Source of the DNA: Phyllobates terribilis
Lineage: Eukaryota
Length of the DNA stretch: 64,000 nt
NCBI RefSeq assembly: GCF_046119375.1
Contig: NW_027362767.1
Span: 247,566,001-247,630,000, forward strand
Reading direction: 5' to 3'
Shown: positions 52,251 through 64,000 of the stretch, in pieces
Layout of the letters: each line of letters begins with the position of its first letter
How positions within the stretch are numbered: position 1 is the stretch's first letter
The notes under the pieces: model-generated
What the model was told of the DNA's origin: nothing
What the model saw: the letters and a program-made list of their open reading frames with translations, nothing else
The model's database searches: none
Program-made: the position numbers and the translations under genes

Positions 52251-54250
52251 AAAGACCAAACCCCAGACCAACCTTAATACATACTGCAGAGCAGACCTCT
52301 TAAATAATTACAGACTGTAGACCAGACACAGATACAGACCCCGGACTAAATACAGACGGAACACCAGACCCACTGAACTAATACAGACTGCAGACCCTCT
52401 ACACCAATACAGAGCCCAGACCAGACCTCCTAAACCAATACAGAGCCCAGACCAAACCTCCTAAATATATAGACCACAGACTGAGCCTCCTAAATCAATA
52501 TAGACCATAGACTGAGCATTTTACACAAATACACACACCAGACCAAACCTCCTAAAGCAACTCAAATCCGGGACCTCCTAAACCAATACAGACCCCAGAC
52601 TGAGCCTCCTAAATCAATATAGACCATAGACCGAGCCTTTTACACCAATGCAGACACTAGACCAAACCTCTAAAATCAATAAAGACCATAGACCGAGCCT
52701 TTTACACGAGTACAGACACCAGACCGAACCTCCAAAATCAATAAAGACCATAGACCGAGCCTTTTACACCAATACAGACACCAGACCAAACCTCCAAAAT
52801 CAATATAGACCATAAACGGAGCCTTTTACACCAATACAGACACTAGACCAAGCCTCCTAAACTAATACAGACCCTAGACAGAGCTTCATAAATCAATACA
52901 GACCCCAGACCGAGCTTCATAAATCAATACAGACCCCAGACTGAGCCTCCTAAATCAATAAAGACCATAGACTGAGCCTTTTACACAAATACAGACCCCA
53001 GACCAAACTTCCAAAATCAATAAAGACCATAGACCGAGCATTTTACACCAATACAGACACCAGACCAAACCTCTAAAATCAATAAAGACCATAGACCGAG
53101 CCTTTTACACCAATACAGACACCAGACCAAACCTCCAAAATCAATAAAGACCATAGACTGAGCCTTTTACACCAATACAGACACCAGACCAAACTTCCAA
53201 ATCAATAAAGACCATAGACCGCGCCTTTTACACCAATACAGACACCAGACCAAACCTCCTAAACCAATACAGACCCCAGATCTCCTAAACCAAATGATAC
53301 CTTGTAAACAAATACAGATCCCCTAAACCAATACAGACCCCAGAGCAGACTCAATGAACAGATGCAAGATACCAACCAGACTAAATAAATACAGAACTCA
53401 GATCTTCTAAATAAATACAGACCCCACCCAGAGCCCCCTGAATAAATACAGACTCTACACCAGGCTAACTAAACACATACAGACCCCAGAACACATTCCT
53501 AAATAAAAACATACCACCTAAATCACTTGATATCCCAGACCAGACCCAATGAACAAATACAGGCTACAGACCAGACTCTAAATAAACACAGACCCCATAC
53601 CTCCTAAAATATTATACTCTACACAAGACCCCCTAAACAAATACAGACCCCCAGAAAAAAAAACTTGAACAAATTCAAATCCCAGACCAGATCCAGTAAA
53701 CCAATTCAGACTCCAGAACACACCTTCCAAACAAATACAGACCCCCTAAACTAATACCGACCCCAGACCAGACCCACTGAGCAAATACAAGCTACAGACC
53801 AGACTCTAAATGAATGCAGACCCCAAACCAGATCCTCAAAATGAAGAGAAGCCCCCGACCAAACCCCCAAAACAAATGCAGGCCATAGAACAGATTCTAA
53901 ATAAATACAGACCTAAACCAGAACCCTAAATAAATGCAGACCCAAACCAGAACCTTAAATAAACACAGACCCCAAACCAGAACCCTAAATAAATGCAGAC
54001 CCAAACCAGAACCTTAAATAAACACAGACCCCAAACCAGAACCCTAAATAAATGCAGACCCAAACCAGAACCTTAAATAAACACAGACCCTAAACCAGAA
54101 CCCTAAATAAACACAGACCCCAAACCAGAACCTTAAATAAACACAGACCCCAAACCAGAACACTAAATAAATACAGACCCCACACCAGAACCCTAAATAA
54201 ATACAGACCTCGGACCAGACGTTCTAAACCAATACAGACCTTAGACCCCA
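52251..54250. repeat. Compound A/C-rich tandem array built from a ~30-31-bp unit
   Basis: 62-bp dimer period (AAAGACCATA at 52681 and 52743, ATAGACCATA at 52805) in the left part. 29+30-bp dimers (AAACCAGAACCCTAAATAAATGCAGACCC / AAACCAGAACCTTAAATAAACACAGACCCC) at 53916-54200. Confidence 0.93.
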
Positions 54251-54800
54251 CCCCATCATAAATTTCACCTGCAGCACACTGCATGGTGCTTGGCTGTTTC
54301 GGCTCTGCAAACTCTTCACATCTGGCCGACGCAGGAGCTGCAAACGTGGGCTGCAGGACCCTCACAGATCTCATATTGAAGACTAAGTATAGGCCATCAA
54401 TATCTTAGGAATGAACATCCCCTTTAAAGGGGCAGAAATTGTATAATTCTGCTCATAATTAGGGATTAACCCCTCAGTCCACAGCTGCAGCGCCACAGAG
54501 CAATGATGTAACAAATTACATCACCATTCTATACCATGAAGTAAAAGTAACGAGAGACATCAGTGAGCAAAAGAAGAAGTTACAGATGGAATTGTAACCA
54601 AGGAATAAGATTTGTGGTATTTATATACACCGCACTATAAGCACACTGTATATAGACAAGAGTACAAGACATGCCTTAATCACTGAATTCCAGTTGCTCA
54701 ATCAGCCCCATTGCCCCTGGCGTATACCATATGACCCCCCCCCACACTTTATTACATCCGGTCCCATTACCCTCCGCTGTAAAACATGCAGCCCCTCACC

Positions 54801-55135
54801 CAGGGCTGTGGAGTCGGAGTCGTGTATCCATTTTGGTGGAGTCGGTATAAAATGGACCAACTCATACTCCTAAAATATATAATAAATTGGGTACAGTAGT
54901 TCAATGCAGTTTGTGGGGAATATTTTTCATAAGAATTTGGGAAAGTTATGCACTGTCCTGTAAATGTCTGTCCTATTCCTGATCTAAGGGTCTAGACTTT
55001 TAGCTGAGATTAATCTGTGCTACAGTAAATTTATCACTTAAATACGAGCCATGTATGAGGGAGTCGTGGAGTCATGGAGTCGGTGGCATGGAAATTGAGG
55101 AGTCGGAGTCTTCACTTACTGACTCCACAGCTCTG
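54801..55135. mobile_element. hAT-type MITE (335 bp) with perfect 8-bp TSD
   Basis: TIRs CAGGGCTGTGGAGTC and GACTCCACAGCTCTG. CCCTCACC flanks both sides (54793-54800 and 55136-55143). Confidence 0.9.
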
Positions 55136-55810
55136 CCCTCACCCCCCGATGTATAACCCCCAGCCCCTCACCCCCCGGTGTATAACCCCCGGCTCCTCAC
55201 CCCCTGATGTATAACCCCCAGCTCCTCACCCCCCGATGTATAACCTCCGGTCCCTCACCCCCCGATATATAACCTCCGGTCCCTCACCCCCCGATGTACA
55301 GCCCCCGGCGCCTCACCCCACAATGTATAACCCCCGACCCCTCACCCCCCGATGTATAACCTCCGGTCCCTCACCCCCCGATGTATAATTTCCGGTCCCT
55401 CACCCCCCTGTATAATTTCCGGTCCCTCACCCCCCCGATGTATAACCCCTGGCCCCTCACTCACCATGTATAACCTCCAGTCCCTCACCCCCCGATGTAT
55501 AACCTCCGACACCTCACCCCCCGATGTATAACCTCCAGTCCCTCACCCCCCAATGTATAACCTCCGGTCCCTCACCCCCCCCCCCATGTATAACCCCCGA
55601 CCCCTCACCCCCCGATGTATAACCTCTGGCCCCTCCCCCCCAGGTGTATAACCCCCGGCCCCTCACCTCCAGCCCCACACCCCCCAGTGTATAACCTCCG
55701 GCCCCTTAGTGTATAATTTCTGGCTCCTCACATCCAGCCCCTCATCCCCCCGGTGTATAACATCCAGCCCCTCATCCCCCCGGTGTATAACATCCAGCCC
55801 CTCAGTGTAT
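55136..55810. repeat. ~29-bp C-rich minisatellite, about 22 copies
   Basis: Unit CCCTCACCCCCCGATGTATAACCTCCGGT (55252, 55281 and onward), degenerating after about 55650. Confidence 0.95.
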
Positions 55811-55874
55811 TATCTCCGGCTCCTCGTCCCCTGGTTTATAACACCCCCCCCTTTCCCCCAATGTATGACCTCCT

Positions 55875-56889
55875 GCTCCCCGCCATGCTATATGCCTTTA
55901 CTAACGTGACAGAGCGGCCAGTGGTGCAGAGCTCCCTGATACCAGCGCGGTCCTGTAATAGGAGCCACCGGGGTAACAAGTCCGTTCATGAATCTTCCCC
56001 ATCACCTGTGAGTGATATTATTGAGAAGTGGAAGGAACTGCAGCAACTCAGTCACAAAGTGGAGACCCTGTAATTTTACAGAGCGGGGGGCCGAGTGCTG
56101 AGGAGCAGAGGGCAGAAAAGACCACCGCTCCACTGATTCCATAATTGCAGAGTCCAGATCTCCTCTGTTATAACATCAGCACAATCACTGCGCCACCGCC
56201 GGGAGCTTTATGGCCGAGCAGCTGCATGCAGCCGTACATCACCAAGCACAATGCTGAGCGTCAGATGGAGTGGTGTAAAGCCGCCACCACTGGACTCTGG
56301 AGGAGACATGTTCTGTGCAGTGATGGATCACACTTCTCTATCCGGCGTCTGATGTAGGAGTCTGGGTTTGGTGATTCCAGGACAACGTTACCCCCTGATT
56401 GCATTATACCTGCTGTACAGATGGTGGAGGAGGATAATACTATGGGCTGTTATCAGGGGGCGGCCTCGGCCTCTTAGTCCCAGGGAAGGGAAATCTTAAT
56501 GCTTCAGCCAAGACATTGTGGACAAATGTAGCTTCCAGCTTTGTGGGAGCAGTTTGGGGAAGACCCTTTTCTGTTCCCCATGACTGCGCCCAGTGCACAA
56601 GCTCCATACAGACATGGAGGGGAGAACATGAGCGGCCGCACAGAGCCTGGACCTCAGCCCCATCCAAGAACAGGGATTGTGACCCCGGCCTCCCCCCATC
56701 ACCAGGGTCTGACCCCACAAATGCTCTTCTGGATGAAGGGGCAAAAATTCCAAAATCTTGTAGAAATACTTCCTAGCTGTTATATCTGCAGAGGTGCAGC
56801 TCCATATTATTTTCTATGGATATAGAAAGGGATTTGGTAAATCTCATATAGGTGTATACCAACACATCTGTCCGTATCGATATAATGTA
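55875..56889 (+). mobile_element. Defective Tc1/mariner transposon, copy 2
   Basis: Collinear with 27760-28770. ORF track fragments include PYITKHNAERQMEWCKA..HVLCSDGSHFS and WEQFGEDPFLF. Ends near GATATAATG-TA. Confidence 0.85.
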
Positions 56890-57313
56890 TATATACATGA
56901 AATAGATACTAAATCTGTGATGTACCACCTAACAAGTGCCATTAATAATTCTTGTGTCTTTGTCAGAGGGTCTTCGGGCCCCTCAGCCCCCAGGCTCTTG
57001 CCCCTCCTTATAGCAAATGCTCCTATTTAGCCAGAGATATTCCCTAAATTTTGGATCACCAGTCACAGACGTGTCAGTTGTCAGCCTTCGTGTACAATGA
57101 TTGCAATCAAATAAAATCATAAAGTGTGATATTCCCAGGAATATTATTGCTCTAAGGCACGTTCAGTATTTGGTCAGTATTTTACATCAGTATTTGTAAG
57201 TCAAAACCAGGAGTGGGTGATAAATATAGAAGGGGTGACGAGTTTCTATTATACTTTTCCTCTGATTGTTCCTTTCCGAAGTACAACGCAGACATCAGGA
57301 TCTGCTGACAATC

Positions 57314-57455
57314 TAAGACTGTGTTCACATATCTGTGTTTCACAGATCGGCTGCCGATCTGCTAACCTGAACTCATGTATTCCTATATGGCTGACGAGTT
57401 TGGGCAGAAAACCTGCGGCCGCTCCGAATATGGATGTGTGAATCAGATACAACCC
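57314..57455. mobile_element. Short degenerate Harbinger-like MITE
   Basis: TAA-GACTGTGTTCACATATC ... GATGTGTGAATCAG, the same TIR style as the 860-bp family. Confidence 0.45.
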
Positions 57456-59103
57456 CATTCGGATGAACTGACAACCCCTTCCTCTATTACAGCGTGTACA
57501 CCTAATAGAGGGGCTTTTCTGACATCCCCGTCTCTAAGCTCTGCCGTCTTCAGTGTCGCATTATGAACTTTTAGACACCGGATAAATATTTATTTTATAT
57601 ATTTAATCAATACGTAATGAAAATAATTGCCATTGTTTTGGCCGATCAGTTCCCCATAGACCACAGAACTATAGCATGACACCCCGCCCCCCGCCTCTGC
57701 AAAAAGGGGCCCATTTTCTAAGGCTGCCAAGAGACATTTAACAATAGGTCCTCCGCTGACGGTGGGGGCAGAATTTAGGAAGGGGGGGGGGGTGGGGAGT
57801 GTGTGCACAGGGTCTTCAGAGGCCACAAGTGTCTATAGTGCTGTCAAAAAAATTATGCAAAAAGATCTCAGCGATGAAGCGGAATCCTCAGTTCTGGGCT
57901 GTTCTTGGTGGGCTCTGACACGCCCCGACAAAATTTGCAGGGGGTGAGGGCGCTGATGGGTGGGGGGGTGCTGAAGGATCACTGTCTGCCATTTTGCACT
58001 GCTGTGAAGCCAGGGGTGATTTTACAATATTACAGTGTATTGTATTATCGATCGCAGGTGCAACCCCCCCCCCCCCCCACAATGTGAGAATGTAAAAAGA
58101 AAAAATAGCAGGTTCAACCCCCCCCCCCCCATGTCAAAAAATAAAACATATTTATACAATTTCAAATAAAATCTACAAATAATAACATTAATAATAAAGC
58201 ATTGTAATGTCTCTGGGGACGGGCCCCATTGAGCAGCCTGCAGGCCTCCGCTCTGCACCATGTGCTCCAGTTGTTATGAAGCCACCAGGTGCAGGTAACA
58301 CAGGGCCAGAGCTCCAGCCGTCAAACTGATAAAATCCCAATTTAGTAGGAGTTTCCATGACTACCGACAACACAGGCCTGACAACTGTTATCCACCCCCC
58401 CCCCCATAACATATTAGGACTACGGCTCTGGCACTGAATGGGTGGCAAGGCCACGGGTGCGGGGTTTGGGCGGAGCCTCCTCACACACACCCACTCCACA
58501 CGGCGTGCGGCGGGAACTGAAAGCGCATTCACAAGCCTAGAGCTCTCCCCGCCCACCGCGCACGTGACTCAATGACGCTGTCTCTTGTCCAATAGGCTTG
58601 CGGTAACGCTCCTGACGCTCCCAAGACAACCCCCACGTCTTCGGGTCGCCCCACCCTCGTATGATAAGTGAAGGGGGAAGTGGGCGGAGCTGCTGCGTAC
58701 AGAGCGGTTGTACTTCCCGCCCTGTTGGTTAGCTACCACCCCTTTGCTGGGAGGTGGTACCGTCTAGAGCGGGAGCGAGTGTTGGTGCCGAGCGCAGTGC
58801 GTCCCTCCCACCCCCTCCTTTCTCTCTCACACACATTGGTCGGGAGCGAGATTTACCTCACACAGCAGCGGCCATCGCGCTCCCCGCTCTCTCTCTCCCG
58901 CTCTAGGTCGTCGCTCTTCTCCGCACAGCAGCCACTAGGAGAGGGGCATACTACCGCGGTGTTCCGTCCCAGGAGCGGTCCCTGCACCGCCTCACCGAGG
59001 AGTTTCCTGTCGCCTCCTCCTGCCGCCAGCCCGCCAGGCCTGAGCCTGCACCTCCTCTCCCTTCTCCGCGCTCCTCGCCTCTTTCTCTCCCCGCACTCCC
59101 AAC

Positions 59104-63606
<4,503 letters not shown>

Positions 63607-63918
63607 GATTGCAATGTTTGGATTCCACCCTTTTTTTTTTTCCACCCTTTTTTTATTTTTCATCCAGTCCCTGGGAGCAAGATGCTGTTTTTTGTTTTTT
63701 TTTCCCCTTTCCCTCCCTCGATTTCTTATCCCTTCTTTTTTTTTTTTTTATATTTTTTGTGTGCTCGGTCGCCTTGTTCTTGGTCCTTTCTTCCCATCCC
63801 CCCTCCCCTCTTTATACCATGATTCATAACTTTTATTTTTGGGGGGAGAGGTGAGAACTGAGTAAAAATACAGTCAAAATCTCTAAACCTGTTTCTGTTC
63901 ACTAGTCATTCTTCATTC

Positions 63919-63924
63919 AATAAA
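63919..63924 (+). terminator. Candidate SET polyadenylation signal
   Basis: AATAAA 313 nt after the TAA, following a U-rich 3' UTR. Confidence 0.55.
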
Positions 63925-64000
63925 TAATATACATTGTACCATCTTATGGTGTAAGGGACCCAGATGCCCCTCTGCCCGCCACTGCTGGTGGGGGTGCGGA

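Overview
Vertebrate genomic DNA with short introns. The repeat content (TTAA-flanked T2/Kolobok-like MITEs, Harbinger-like MITEs, a 90-bp intronic satellite) suggests a frog, which is an inference. The window holds three intact genes in the order and orientation known from human 9q34.11. SPTAN1 (non-erythroid alpha-II spectrin, +) has CDS 12101-38407 in 57 coding exons, 2498 aa with all cassettes. These include the 60-nt SH3-insert exon, the three CCC mini-exons, the 15-nt LSKLL and 18-nt TYLLDG microexons, the 63-nt cardi+ exon and one GC-AG intron. DYNC2I2/WDR34 (-) has CDS 49607-38901 in 9 exons, 504 aa. SET/TAF-I beta (+) has CDS 59104-63606 in 8 exons, 280 aa. Introns and intergenic DNA carry MITEs, two defective Tc1 copies, a DIRS-type RT relic, a hAT MITE with a perfect 8-bp TSD and four tandem arrays. 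I see no rRNA, tRNA or CRISPR, and no unambiguous new multi-gene system. The best leads are: (1) a candidate 47-nt frameshifting (poison) cassette exon just after the LSKLL microexon; (2) a 90-bp satellite filling WDR34 intron 1, with higher-order structure, whose monomers mostly carry an AG/microexon/strong 5' splice-site module in the sense direction; (3) substitutions at the spectrin caspase and calpain sites; (4) short palindromic repeats carrying CTCF, ZNF143 and RFX/NF-Y motifs. Comparisons with human sequences are from memory, not from a database search.
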